Assembly: GCA_965279035.1 (NCBI GenBank)
Contig: OZ257142.1
Span: forward strand, 2,432,001 to 2,496,000
Reading direction: 5' to 3'
Origin: Bacteroidia bacterium
GTDB taxonomy: Bacteria; Bacteroidota; Bacteroidia; M30B66
DNA: 64,000 bases
Position 1 is the stretch's first letter. Each line of letters starts with the position of its first letter. A program made the translations under genes and the position numbers. A model generated the notes under the pieces. The model did no database searches. It saw nothing but the letters and a program-made list of their open reading frames with translations, and had not been told where the DNA came from. This document shows, piece by piece, positions 51,424-64,000 of the stretch.

Positions 51424-51514
51424 CTGATGTGCTAGTGTGCTGATGTGCTAGTGTGATAGTGTGCTGGTTTGTTATCCTTATCAGCACATTAGCACATAAA
51501 CTAATTAGCACATT
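51424..51514. repeat. 8-bp-period tandem repeats in inverted arms (CTGATGTG/CTAGTGTG x5 ... TCAGCACA/TTAGCACA x3)
   Basis: Left arm 51424-51466 and reverse-complement right arm 51481-51514, ending at the gpsA stop codon. Confidence 0.85.
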
Positions 51515-52532
51515 ATTTAAGTTTCGCTTCCAACACTCTGATCTCTCTTGAAGGAGAACCTCCTTCATAAAGGATGCGGTGGACAAAATCGCAAATCGGT
51601 AAATCAACTCCTAGGCTTTTGTTGACCTCGTTGAGTGAATGAACTGCGTAAAAACCTTCGGCGATCATATTCATCTCGAGCTGTGCCGATTTAACGGTAT
51701 AGCCTTTTCCAATCATCTGTCCGAAAATACGGTTACGACTGAATTGTGAGTAGGCAGTTACGAGCAAATCTCCCAAATAGGCACTTTCGTTTAAGTCGCG
51801 ATTGACATTAGGAACGGCTGCATCGAGAAAACGCTTCATTTCCTGCATGGCATTCGAAACCAGAACTGCTTGGAAATTATCCCCGTAATTCATCCCACGA
51901 GTAATACCAACCGCCAACGAAATAATATTTTTCATAACCGTTGCATATTCAATGCCTTGTACATCATTCAAAATCGTGTGTGTATGAATAAACCGACAGT
52001 TGAGAATATGAGCCATGCGTAAAGCCAATTCTTCATTCACTGCCGAAACGGTCAAATAGGATTGTCGCTCCAAGGCAACTTCTTCGGAATGACAAGGACC
52101 GGCGATAATACCCATTTGTTTTGGGTGAATGCCAATGCTTGTATGCAGGTAATCAGTAATGATTTCGTGTCTTTCGGGAATCATGCCTTTGATGGCAGAG
52201 AATACCGATTTTCCATGAAATGCATCTTTAGATAAACCCGACAAGGTTTGATGCACAAATGCAGCAGGCAAAGCCAAAATGATCATTTCCGAACCAGCTA
52301 TAACGGCTGATAAATCGGAGGAGGGATGCACTTTGTTCATGTCGAGCTGAATATCGCTCAGATAGCGCGGATTGTGTGAAAACTGCGCAATGTGCTGTAC
52401 TTGCTCTTCCGAACGCATCCACCAATGAACATGAATGGGACGTTCGTTTAAGATTTTAACAATGGCTGTAGCCCAACTTCCTGCACCTATTACGGCAACC
52501 GAAGGCATATGAGCAGATGGTTGATCGCTCAT
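51513..52532 (-). CDS. gpsA: NAD(P)H-dependent glycerol-3-phosphate dehydrogenase
   Basis: GAGSWATA, AIKG, GPCHSEEVA, MKNI, GDLLVT.YS..SRNR and AEG motifs. Confidence 0.95.
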   Translation of the reverse strand: MSDQPSAHMPSVAVIGAGSWATAIVKILNERPIHVHWWMRSEEQVQHIAQFSHNPRYLSDIQLDMNKVHPSSDLSAVIAGSEMIILALPAAFVHQTLSGLSKDAFHGKSVFSAIKGMIPERHEIITDYLHTSIGIHPKQMGIIAGPCHSEEVALERQSYLTVSAVNEELALRMAHILNCRFIHTHTILNDVQGIEYATVMKNIISLAVGITRGMNYGDNFQAVLVSNAMQEMKRFLDAAVPNVNRDLNESAYLGDLLVTAYSQFSRNRIFGQMIGKGYTVKSAQLEMNMIAEGFYAVHSLNEVNKSLGVDLPICDFVHRILYEGGSPSREIRVLEAKLK

Positions 52533-52536
52533 AGGC

Positions 52537-53679
52537 TTAAGATGAAACCGAAACCGGCTGAAGGATTTCCTTGAGTTTGTTTACAGTTGTGTCGATTTCT
52601 TCCTTGGTGGTGTATTTACTAAATGAGAAACGAACATTGTGACGAGCAGGATCTACTTTCAATGCACCTAAGACATGCGATCCAATGTCGGAACCAGAAG
52701 AACAAGCACTTCCTCCAGAGGCGCAAATACCATTGATATCGAGGTTGAATAGTAACATATCACCCGATTCATTTGGGGGAAATGAAACATTCAACACCGT
52801 GTAAAGCGAATTGTCAGATATGTCTCCATTGAATTGCACTCCAGGTATACTTTCACGCAATTGCTCAATCATATAGTTCTTCAATCCTTGCACATGTTGT
52901 TGATGGACTTCTAAATCGCGATACGCTACTTCCATCGCTTTAGCTAATCCAACTATTCCGTATAGATTTTCGGTTCCACCTCGCATATTGCGTTCTTGGG
53001 CGCCACCATAAATGAAGGGATGAATATTCGATCCGGAACGGATGAAGATAAATCCGACTCCTTTAGGTCCATGGAATTTATGTGCAGCACAGTTGATAAA
53101 ATCAACGGGGATTTCTTGCAAATCAAATGGATAATGCCCCATTGTTTGAACGGTGTCGCAATGCATGATGCCATTGTAGCTTTTAACTAAGGTGGCAACT
53201 TCTTTCAAAGGCAAACGAGTTCCAATTTCGTTATTGGCATGCATGAGCGAAACCAAAGAACGCGGCTTGGATTTCAATAATTCTTCTAATTGAGATAGAT
53301 CGACATTCCCTTTTTCATCGACGTTTAAGATGCTCAATTCAATTTTTCCTTCTTCTGCTAAATGCTCCAAAGTATGCAAAACAGCATGGTGTTCGGTTGG
53401 CGAAGTAATGGCGTGTTTTATCCCAAAATCTTCAATGCTACGAACGATAGCCATGTTATTCGCTTCGGTTCCGCCAGATGTGAAGAAAATCTCCGATGGT
53501 GAAACATTCAACAAAGAAGCTACTGTCTTACGAGATTTCTCAATAGCTGAACGAGTAATACGCCCCAAAGAATGAATCGAAGAAGGATTACCAAATTGCT
53601 CGCGCATCAAAGGAAGCATTGCGTCAATGACTTCATCATCTAAGCGAGTGGTTGCTGCATTGTCGAGATAGATTGCCAT
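52537..53679 (-). CDS. Cysteine desulfurase (IscS/NifS-like)
   Basis: YLDNAATT, FGNPSS, FTSGGTEA, AHKFHGPKG and SGGSACSSG motifs; start ATG at 53679. Confidence 0.93.
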   Translation of the reverse strand: MAIYLDNAATTRLDDEVIDAMLPLMREQFGNPSSIHSLGRITRSAIEKSRKTVASLLNVSPSEIFFTSGGTEANNMAIVRSIEDFGIKHAITSPTEHHAVLHTLEHLAEEGKIELSILNVDEKGNVDLSQLEELLKSKPRSLVSLMHANNEIGTRLPLKEVATLVKSYNGIMHCDTVQTMGHYPFDLQEIPVDFINCAAHKFHGPKGVGFIFIRSGSNIHPFIYGGAQERNMRGGTENLYGIVGLAKAMEVAYRDLEVHQQHVQGLKNYMIEQLRESIPGVQFNGDISDNSLYTVLNVSFPPNESGDMLLFNLDINGICASGGSACSSGSDIGSHVLGALKVDPARHNVRFSFSKYTTKEEIDTTVNKLKEILQPVSVSS

Positions 53680-53729
53680 AGTATTTTGGGAAAAGGCCGC
53701 TGCAACGACCTGTTGGTTGAACAAACGAT

Positions 53730-55133
53730 TTATTTCAGCATCATTTCTGCAGTGAACTCCTTGATATCCATAATGATTTTATTCGCTAGGTTATCGGCTG
53801 TAGCCATGTTTTCGGCTTCAGAATAAATACGGATAATTGGTTCTGTATTCGAGCGACGTAAATGCACCCAGGATTTATCAAACTCAATCTTCACCCCATC
53901 AATCGTGTTGATTGGCTGCTTTTTATATTTTTCCTGAACTTTCATTAGAATCTCATCCACATTTAATTCAGGAGTCAATTCTACTTTGTTTTTAGAGATA
54001 TGGTAGTTAGGATAAGTTGAACGAAGCATCGAAACGCTTTTACCGTATTTGGCTAAATGCGTGAGGAATAAAGCGATTCCAACTAAAGCATCACGTCCGT
54101 AGTGCAATTCAGGATAAATAATTCCTCCATTTCCTTCACCACCAATAATGGCGTTTTGAGCTTTCATCATTTCCACCACATTCACCTCCCCTACTGCCGA
54201 CGCAAAATACTGATTATTATATTTTTCAGTTACCTCACGTAATGCTCTGGTTGAAGATAAATTTGATACCGTTGAACCGGGAGTATTCTTCAAAACATAA
54301 TCGGCTACAGCAACTAATGTGTACTCTTCACCGAACATATCTCCATCTTCACAAACAAGTGCTAAGCGATCCACATCTGGATCAACAGAAATTCCTAAAT
54401 GAGCTTTTTTCTTCACCACTTCTTCACTCAAATCGCGTAAATTCTCAGGTAGTGGTTCTGGATTATGAGGGAATTTTCCATCAGGTGTGCAAAACAACTC
54501 GGTCACTTGCTCAACACCTAAAGCCTTTAATAACATTGGAATAGCAATTCCTCCAGTTGAGTTTACCGCATCAATCACCACTCGGAAATTGGCATTACGA
54601 ATAGCGTCTACATCCACCAAAGGCAAGGCTAATACACGGTCGATGTGTTTTCGTATGTAGCCATCCACTTGATGATAACTACCTAGATGATTTACATCTA
54701 CATAGTTAAAATCTTCTCTGTCAGCAATATCGAGAACGTTTTGACCATCCTCGGCTGAGATGAATTCGCCCTTTTCGTTGAGCAATTTCAAGGCATTCCA
54801 TTGTTTAGGATTATGACTAGCTGTAAGGATAATTCCAGCATGCGCATTTTCCATTTCAACAGCTAACTCAACAGTTGGAGTGGTACTTAAGCCCAAATCA
54901 ATCACATCGATGCCCATACCTTGCAGCGTTCCAACGACCAGATTACGAAACATTTCTCCTGAAATACGAGCATCACGGCCAATAACGATTGTGTAATGAT
55001 CGCGCTGTTGGCGTTGTTTTACCCACGTAGCAAAAGCTGAAGTAAACTTCACAATATCTACCGGTGAAAGTCCATCTCCAGGAGCACCACCAATGGTTCC
55101 ACGAATTCCCGAAATTGATTTAATTAATGCCAT
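53730..55133 (-). CDS. glmM: Phosphoglucosamine mutase (alpha-D-phosphohexomutase)
   Basis: SISGIRG, TASHNP, DPDVDR, GGEGNGG and RSNTEP motifs. Confidence 0.85.
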   Translation of the reverse strand: MALIKSISGIRGTIGGAPGDGLSPVDIVKFTSAFATWVKQRQQRDHYTIVIGRDARISGEMFRNLVVGTLQGMGIDVIDLGLSTTPTVELAVEMENAHAGIILTASHNPKQWNALKLLNEKGEFISAEDGQNVLDIADREDFNYVDVNHLGSYHQVDGYIRKHIDRVLALPLVDVDAIRNANFRVVIDAVNSTGGIAIPMLLKALGVEQVTELFCTPDGKFPHNPEPLPENLRDLSEEVVKKKAHLGISVDPDVDRLALVCEDGDMFGEEYTLVAVADYVLKNTPGSTVSNLSSTRALREVTEKYNNQYFASAVGEVNVVEMMKAQNAIIGGEGNGGIIYPELHYGRDALVGIALFLTHLAKYGKSVSMLRSTYPNYHISKNKVELTPELNVDEILMKVQEKYKKQPINTIDGVKIEFDKSWVHLRRSNTEPIIRIYSEAENMATADNLANKIIMDIKEFTAEMMLK

Positions 55134-56023
55134 GACTGTTTGAATAATAATTTAAAATTCAGTTGACTTAGTGTGTCGCTTGAAGGTGGAAGTGTTTGAT
55201 ATGCTGCATTTCCCGCTCAATTGCCCCATAAATATCGGAGCGAACATTGACTAAAGGAAGTCGCACAAATTCTTCGCAAATGCCCAATAATTTGAGCGCT
55301 GATTTAATTCCTGCTGGACTACCATCAGCAAACATTAAACGCGTAAACTCTAGTAATGCATAGTGTATTGGACGAGCAGAAACTACATCTCCATCCATTG
55401 CACGACGCGTCATTTCGGAGAAAAGTAAAGGGTATGCGTTGGCTACAACTGAAATAACACCATCGGCACCGCAAGCCAACAAAGGCAGTGTTAATGCATC
55501 ATCGCCACTGTGAACCAGGAATCCATCGGGACGTTGACGAATAATTTGCATGATTTGCTCCATGTTTCCTGAAGCTTCTTTCACACCACACACGTTTTTG
55601 CATTCATGAGCGATTCTTAAGGTTGTTTCTGCAGTCATGTTTACGCCTGTTCTGCCAGGAACATTATAAAGCATCACTGGTTTAGCACTCGCTTCGGCCA
55701 CTAATTTATAATGCTGAAAATGACCTTCTTGATTCGGTTTATTGTAATAAGGTGCAACCGACAAAATAGCTGCAATGCCATTCATATCGGTATGTTGAAG
55801 CGTTTCTACAACTTCGTGAGTATTGTTTCCTCCTACACCTAACATGACAGCACAACGACCCGCATTTTCGTCCAAAACAATTTCTTGAACACGTTTCTTT
55901 TCGTCTTTGCTTAAGGTAACCGATTCACCTGTAGTTCCAAGAGCAACAAGCACATCAATTCCACCTTCAGCCAAGTGGTTTACCAGGCGACGAAGTGCTT
56001 GTTCATCAACATTTCCTTTAGGA

Positions 56024-58791
<2,768 letters not shown>

Positions 58792-58794
58792 TCA

Positions 58795-58802
58795 TAAGTT
58801 TG
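58795..58802 (+). promoter_or_regulatory. Bacteroidota -7 element (TAAGTTTG) for the thiolase gene
   Basis: Exact TAnnTTTG match about 31 nt upstream of the ATG. Confidence 0.55.
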
Positions 58803-58833
58803 CAGCGATTTTTAACCCTCGTTTTCCCAAATC

Positions 58834-60012
58834 ATGAATGAAGTTGTAATCATTGCTGCTGTTCGTACTCCGATTGGTAGTTTTAACGGCTCTTTGGCCG
58901 GACTTACTGCAACACAGTTAGGTGCTGCTGCTATAAAAGGTGCTGTAGAACGCGCTGGAATCCAGCCTAGTCAAGTACAGGAAGTATTTATGGGTAATGT
59001 GATTTCTGCCAATTTAGGTCAGGCTCCTGCTACTCAAGCGGCTACTTACGCTGGTTTACCGGATACAGTTCCAAGTACAACCGTTAATAAAGTATGTGCT
59101 TCGGCTATGAAGGCGGTGATGTTGGGAGCGCAATCTATCATGGCAGGAACCAACGATGTGGTTATTGCCGGAGGAATGGAAAGCATGTCGAATATTCCTT
59201 ATTACCTCGATAAAGCACGTAATGGTTATCGTTTAGGTCACGGACAAATCATTGATGGTTTGGTGCGTGATGGATTGTGGGATGTTTATAAAAACTACCA
59301 CATGGGTTCTGCAGCTGAATTGTGTTCACGTGAATACAGTATTAGTCGTGAAGAACAAGATGCGTATGCAATTGAATCTTATACACGTTCGGCTGCTGCG
59401 GTTGCTGCGGGAAAATTCAAAAACGAAATTGTTCCGGTAAGTATTCCACAACGTAAAGGCGATCCAATCGTAGTTTCGGAAGATGAAGAATACAAAAACA
59501 TCAAATTCGATAAAGTTCCTACACTTAATCCTGCATTTGAAAAAGACGGAACAGTTACTGCGGCAAATGCTTCTACATTAAATGATGGTGCTGTTGCCCT
59601 TGTTTTGATGAGTGCTACAAAAGCAGCTGAACTAGGATTGAAACCAATTGCTGCTATTCGTGGAATTGCTGATGCTCAACAAGCACCTGAATACTTTACT
59701 ACTGCTCCTGCGAAAGCAATTCCTCTAGCTATTGCAAAAGCTGGTTTGAAAGCTTCTGATATTGGATATTACGAAATCAATGAGGCATTCTCCGTTGTTG
59801 CCATTGCAAACAATAAAATTTTAGGATTGGATGCTTCTAAAGTAAACGTAAACGGTGGTGCTGTTGCTCTTGGACATCCGCTAGGTACTTCTGGTGCTCG
59901 TATTATTGCCACATTAATTAACGTTTTGGATCAAAACAACAGTCAATATGGAGTTGCTGCAATCTGTAATGGTGGCGGTGGTGCTTCAGCTGTAGTGATT
60001 GAAAAACTCTAA
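58834..60012 (+). CDS. Acetyl-CoA C-acetyltransferase (thiolase)
   Basis: [33 protein letters not shown] and CNGGGG motifs. Confidence 0.95.
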   Translation: MNEVVIIAAVRTPIGSFNGSLAGLTATQLGAAAIKGAVERAGIQPSQVQEVFMGNVISANLGQAPATQAATYAGLPDTVPSTTVNKVCASAMKAVMLGAQSIMAGTNDVVIAGGMESMSNIPYYLDKARNGYRLGHGQIIDGLVRDGLWDVYKNYHMGSAAELCSREYSISREEQDAYAIESYTRSAAAVAAGKFKNEIVPVSIPQRKGDPIVVSEDEEYKNIKFDKVPTLNPAFEKDGTVTAANASTLNDGAVALVLMSATKAAELGLKPIAAIRGIADAQQAPEYFTTAPAKAIPLAIAKAGLKASDIGYYEINEAFSVVAIANNKILGLDASKVNVNGGAVALGHPLGTSGARIIATLINVLDQNNSQYGVAAICNGGGGASAVVIEKL

Positions 60013-60042
60013 ATCGTGCAAAACGGTCCAACTGACATCCGA

Positions 60043-60831
60043 ATGAATTTCGGGATTTGTAATCTGAGCGTTATCCCTGGTCGAATTGAACCGAGTGATA
60101 AAAGCGAGATGATCACACAATTGCTATTTGGCGAGCATTTTACCGTGTTGCGTCGACAAGGTAATTGGTTGTATATCCGATGTGCTTTTGATAATTACGA
60201 ATGTTGGATTGATATAAAACAATGTCAGGAAATCTCTCTGGAAACCTTTACAGAATTGGAATCCAGAGAGATTACTTCGACCATGGAGTTGATGTATGTG
60301 CTTCAGGATACCGAGCGTGGATTTTATCAGCCGGTTGTAATTGGTAGTTCTCTCCCCTATTTCGATGGTAGAACTTGCAATTTGGAAGGTTTTGAATATG
60401 CATATGATGGTCAAACCAACACCATCAAACATGGTACTATCAACCAGTTTATTACTGAAACAGCTTATACTTATTTGAATGCACCTTATCTCTGGGGAGG
60501 ACGATCTCCTTTGGGAATTGATTGCTCCGGATTTACGCAAGTAGTTTTTAAGATAGCGGGACAAAAGCTAGATCGAGATGCATATCAGCAAGCTGATCAA
60601 GGTGTAACGCTTGGTTTTATTGATGAAGCAGAAGCGGGTGATTTAGTTTTTTTCGATAATGAAGAAGGTAAAATTATCCATGTAGGTATTTTATTAGGTG
60701 CTGGAAAAATCATCCATGCATCGGGACGAGTTCGAATAGACCGTATCGATCATCAGGGAATTTTCAACGAAGAAACTGGGAAATATACTCATCAACTTCG
60801 CGTCATCAAACGGGTTTTAGCCTTAGCGTGA
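60043..60831 (+). CDS. NlpC/P60 (C40) peptidase with N-terminal SH3-like domain
   Basis: SEM.TQLLFGE, PYLWGG...GIDCSG, RDA.QQ, HVGI and IIHAS motifs. Confidence 0.92.
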   Translation: MNFGICNLSVIPGRIEPSDKSEMITQLLFGEHFTVLRRQGNWLYIRCAFDNYECWIDIKQCQEISLETFTELESREITSTMELMYVLQDTERGFYQPVVIGSSLPYFDGRTCNLEGFEYAYDGQTNTIKHGTINQFITETAYTYLNAPYLWGGRSPLGIDCSGFTQVVFKIAGQKLDRDAYQQADQGVTLGFIDEAEAGDLVFFDNEEGKIIHVGILLGAGKIIHASGRVRIDRIDHQGIFNEETGKYTHQLRVIKRVLALA

Positions 60832-60875
60832 TTGATGTCACAACTTTTCTTTAAAATTCAATTGAGATTTGGCTT

Positions 60876-61334
60876 ATGAAAAAGAAACATCTCATCATCC
60901 TAATACTCATTTTAGGAAGCATAACAACAGCATTTACTATCTCTACTAAATACAATTCAACATCTGGATCTTCCGAACCTTGGAAACCAGAACAATTAAT
61001 GGAGCCTTCAGTATTAGCTTCTAAATTGGCATCTCCCGAAAAACATCCTTTGATTTTCGATATTGGACCTTCAGGAATCATCAAAGAAGCTGTTGAAATA
61101 GGTCCTGGTCAAGAAAAAAACAATATTGATAAACTGAAGTTGGCTTTAAGCAAACAGGATAGATCAAGGGAAGTAGTTATTTATTGCGGATGTTGTCCTT
61201 TTAAAAATTGTCCAAACATTCGTCCGGCTTTCGAAGCGTTGAATGAAGCAGGATTTAAAAATTCATATTTGCTTAATCTATCTCAAAATCTTCGAGTTGA
61301 TTGGATTGCCAAAGGATATCCAATGGCTCACTAA
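60876..61334 (+). CDS. Exported rhodanese-fold protein with CGCCP..CPN motif
   Basis: Signal peptide; VIYCGCCPFKNCPNIRPAF and W..KGYP motifs. Confidence 0.75.
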   Translation: MKKKHLIILILILGSITTAFTISTKYNSTSGSSEPWKPEQLMEPSVLASKLASPEKHPLIFDIGPSGIIKEAVEIGPGQEKNNIDKLKLALSKQDRSREVVIYCGCCPFKNCPNIRPAFEALNEAGFKNSYLLNLSQNLRVDWIAKGYPMAH

Positions 61335-61428
61335 ACAATCGCTATTTTATTGTTACCAATCGGTAAACTTTTCACGCACACACCAAAAGCAGCAGCCATC
61401 CTCGTATGTTTGCTGCTTAATTTTTAGT

Positions 61429-62010
61429 ATGAAATCAATCGTAGTGTATTGTGGATCACGTAAAGGAAATAGACCAGCTTATGCAGAAACAGCTCAAATG
61501 CTTGGAAAAACTCTAGCTGAAAAAAATATTAGATTGGTATATGGTGGCGGGAACGTTGGCTTGATGGGCATTACAGCCGATTCAACTATGCAACATGGTG
61601 GTGAAGTTTTGGGAATTATTCCTGGTTTCTTGAATCAATTGGAAGTTGGACATACTGGAATTTCTGAGTTACGTGTAGTAGAAAACATGCATCAACGCAA
61701 ACTCATGATGCACGAAGAATCGGATGGAATCATTACGCTTCCAGGCGGATTTGGAACGATGGAAGAGATATTTGAAATGCTCACCTGGGGACAATTAGGT
61801 ATGCATCAAAAACCCATTGGAGTGCTGAATGTAGAAGGCTATTATGACGATTTAATTGCACAAGCCGACCGCATGGTAGCAGATGATTTCCTCAGTGTTC
61901 GAAACCGAGAAATGTTGATTGTGGAATCTGATCCAATTCGATTAATTGAATTACTTGTGAATTATGTTCCGAGTCCGAATCCAATCGTAATTACTCCTGA
62001 ACGAAGCTGA
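61429..62010 (+). CDS. LOG family nucleotide phosphoribohydrolase (TIGR00730-like)
   Basis: VYCGS, LVYGGG.VGLMG, MHQRK and PGGFGTMEE motifs; start ATG at 61429. Confidence 0.93.
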   Translation: MKSIVVYCGSRKGNRPAYAETAQMLGKTLAEKNIRLVYGGGNVGLMGITADSTMQHGGEVLGIIPGFLNQLEVGHTGISELRVVENMHQRKLMMHEESDGIITLPGGFGTMEEIFEMLTWGQLGMHQKPIGVLNVEGYYDDLIAQADRMVADDFLSVRNREMLIVESDPIRLIELLVNYVPSPNPIVITPERS

Positions 62011-63663
62011 TTACTCGAAATGCTCGTTTGATAATTCTTCTTTCACTGGAGCATATCGTTTTTCTAAATCATTCATGTACTTGGCAAATCGATCCTCCAT
62101 TTTTTCTAAACGATTTGTATTATCCATACTAATCGATTTCTTTTCTGGGAAGCTTTCTATATGCAACGTTTGTGTTGGATATGCCAAACGGACTCCTAAA
62201 ACATCTGCTAAACGGATTGTTTCGAGGATAATTTCGTGGCGCGCTTTTAACTCTTCCGTTAAGGTTGCAGAACTAAAAAAGATATTGAAAAGAATATTGA
62301 TTGAACTTGATGTGAGTTCGTTGACATGTATTTCATTTTCTTCGGTTCGTGTTTGAGGATGAAGATGAACAATGTCTCTAAGTCCTTTAACATAGAGTTG
62401 GATGAGTTCAACGGGCGTATCATAATTTAAGGTAATGAAGGTTCTATAACGACGAAACTGCCGCATTCCTAAATTATCGACCACCATATCGACCAATTTC
62501 CCATTGGGAACAGAAATCAGCGAATTCGCTCCTGTACGAATGCGAGTGGAACGAAAGCCTACTTCTTCTACTGTTCCTGTAAAACCATCTGCCGAAACTA
62601 AATCACCAATTTGGAAAGGTTTGTCCACGAATATCATCAAGGAGCCAAACATGTTCTTGATAGTGTCTTGAGCTGCAAGTGCAAAGGCTAAACCTCCAAT
62701 CGAAACTCCAGCAATTAAAGCAGTTAAGTTAAAATCGAGGTTATTTAAAATAGCTACAACTCCGAAAATGACTACAAACACTTTCATTGCTTTCCGAAAC
62801 AACGGAACGAGTTGATCATCAAGTGTGGTATCGGTTTGCTCGGCGCGTCGTTTTAGAATGAGTGAGAACACATCTGCCAAACGATACAAAGCAATGGTGA
62901 GAAAAACGGGTTCAACTATATCAAACCCGAGCACTACATAATACGCATAATCAGAGGGAAATAGCAAAGAAGGAAAAAGCCTATGCATCACTTGAACCAA
63001 GACCAAATAACTAATGGGAATGGCCATGCGGTGAATGGCATTTTTGAATTCTTCGGATACGTTTGTACGTTGTATGATACGTCTTACGATACGCTCAATA
63101 AGCACGGTAAACAAGCGGTGTAGTAGAAATCCGATCAGGATAAGAATGAGAATACCGATATACTGCCAAGCTTTAAGCCCTAGGAAAGTTTTGTTATTAG
63201 TGCTTGGGAATAGGTTCATCAAAATGTCCGTCCCCAATGGAAATATTTTATGATGAATTTCCGGAATCGCTTGCATGGTTCGAGATGAATATTCCCATTT
63301 ATCATTATTACGAACCAAGTAAATTGCAGGAAAGCCTTTTTCGGGTGCGTATTGCTGTTTATTTATTAGCGTATCGATGAATTCTGGATCGCTAGGAATA
63401 GAAGAAAAATCGGGTTTGAAACCACGACTATCGTAGATCTGCTTGAGTTGAATAGCAAGTTCTTGATTCGTAGCTGATGAATTCCCAAAAACTTCGGCTG
63501 ATTTTTCAGGTTGAAAATGTGCATCCTGCAAATAATAGAAATGCTTGAATACAGCACTTTGCGGACTTTTTTGATCAATCGGATATTCTTGAGCAAGGAG
63601 AGAAAATCCTGTATTGATAAAAAGTAAATGGAGCAATAAGCAAAATCGAAGAACGCGGATCAT
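62011..63663 (-). CDS. MscS-family mechanosensitive channel with periplasmic N-terminal domain
   Basis: GGLAFALAAQDT, DKPFQIGD, GTVEEVGFRSTRIRT and VPN motifs. Confidence 0.93.
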   Translation of the reverse strand: MIRVLRFCLLLHLLFINTGFSLLAQEYPIDQKSPQSAVFKHFYYLQDAHFQPEKSAEVFGNSSATNQELAIQLKQIYDSRGFKPDFSSIPSDPEFIDTLINKQQYAPEKGFPAIYLVRNNDKWEYSSRTMQAIPEIHHKIFPLGTDILMNLFPSTNNKTFLGLKAWQYIGILILILIGFLLHRLFTVLIERIVRRIIQRTNVSEEFKNAIHRMAIPISYLVLVQVMHRLFPSLLFPSDYAYYVVLGFDIVEPVFLTIALYRLADVFSLILKRRAEQTDTTLDDQLVPLFRKAMKVFVVIFGVVAILNNLDFNLTALIAGVSIGGLAFALAAQDTIKNMFGSLMIFVDKPFQIGDLVSADGFTGTVEEVGFRSTRIRTGANSLISVPNGKLVDMVVDNLGMRQFRRYRTFITLNYDTPVELIQLYVKGLRDIVHLHPQTRTEENEIHVNELTSSSINILFNIFFSSATLTEELKARHEIILETIRLADVLGVRLAYPTQTLHIESFPEKKSISMDNTNRLEKMEDRFAKYMNDLEKRYAPVKEELSNEHFE

Positions 63664-63856
63664 GGCTTTGATTCGGAAGATTGGGTAAAAAATTCAGAAG
63701 GCGAAAATAACCTAAAAAGAATGTTGAAAATCGGCTTTCTAGCTCGAGTTGTTTACAGGGATTTAATGGGTTTTCAACTAGACGAGGTGAAACTCTTTTC
63801 TTTCGAAGTGTATTATGAGTACATTAATTCATCAGGTTTACATTAAAATTAATATC

Positions 63857-64000
63857 ATGACGGACGCACATTGGCATTTAGTATTTAACCACATGCCCAT
63901 TATGGGAGCATTTTTCGGTTTATTAATTCTTGCTGCAGGAATTTTCCTTAAACAACCGATCATTCGCAAAACAGCTTATTGTGTATTGATATTCAGCTCA
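63857..64000 (+). CDS. Membrane protein, 3'-truncated by the window edge (MTDAHWHLVFNHMPI...)
   Basis: Open frame from ATG 63857 to the end of the window; H.HL..NH.PI motif followed by a hydrophobic helix. Confidence 0.7.
   Translation, partial: MTDAHWHLVFNHMPIMGAFFGLLILAAGIFLKQPIIRKTAYCVLIFSS

Noticed and set aside
51398-51607. 69-aa ORF on the minus strand
   Set aside because: It overlaps gpsA and translates the 8-bp repeat array (HTITLAHQHTSTSA); a repeat artefact.

Overview
Bacteroidota chromosomal window: four T9SS C-terminal-domain proteins, TAnnTTTG-type promoters and typical Bacteroidota gene neighbourhoods. It contains the 3' part of pnp and a minus-strand glycolysis/alpha-glucan gene run (pfkA, gapN, BadF-type sugar kinase, GH31, two GH13, fbaA, pgi). 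A divergent NrtR-family regulator has four candidate GTGT-N7-ACAC operators that I can see in the window. Other genes include GH57, comA, aroE, an AsmA protein, a radical SAM protein, a DUF2779-like double nuclease, the cdaA/folP/DUF1599/BT_3928 cluster, gpsA, a cysteine desulfurase, glmM, dapA, ligA, a thiolase, LOG and MscS. The most notable item is a complete IS110-family element (about 50209-51422, minus strand). Its ~200-nt non-coding end folds like a bridge RNA, and its four guide segments match the element's own circle junction and the flanking target. That target is an 8-bp-period inverted repeat array between two convergent stop codons. A separate intergenic patch (36324-36653) combines three repeat families, including three hairpin repeats at 59-bp spacing. 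I saw no rRNA, tRNA or convincing CRISPR array. All family assignments come from motif recognition by eye; no database searches were run.
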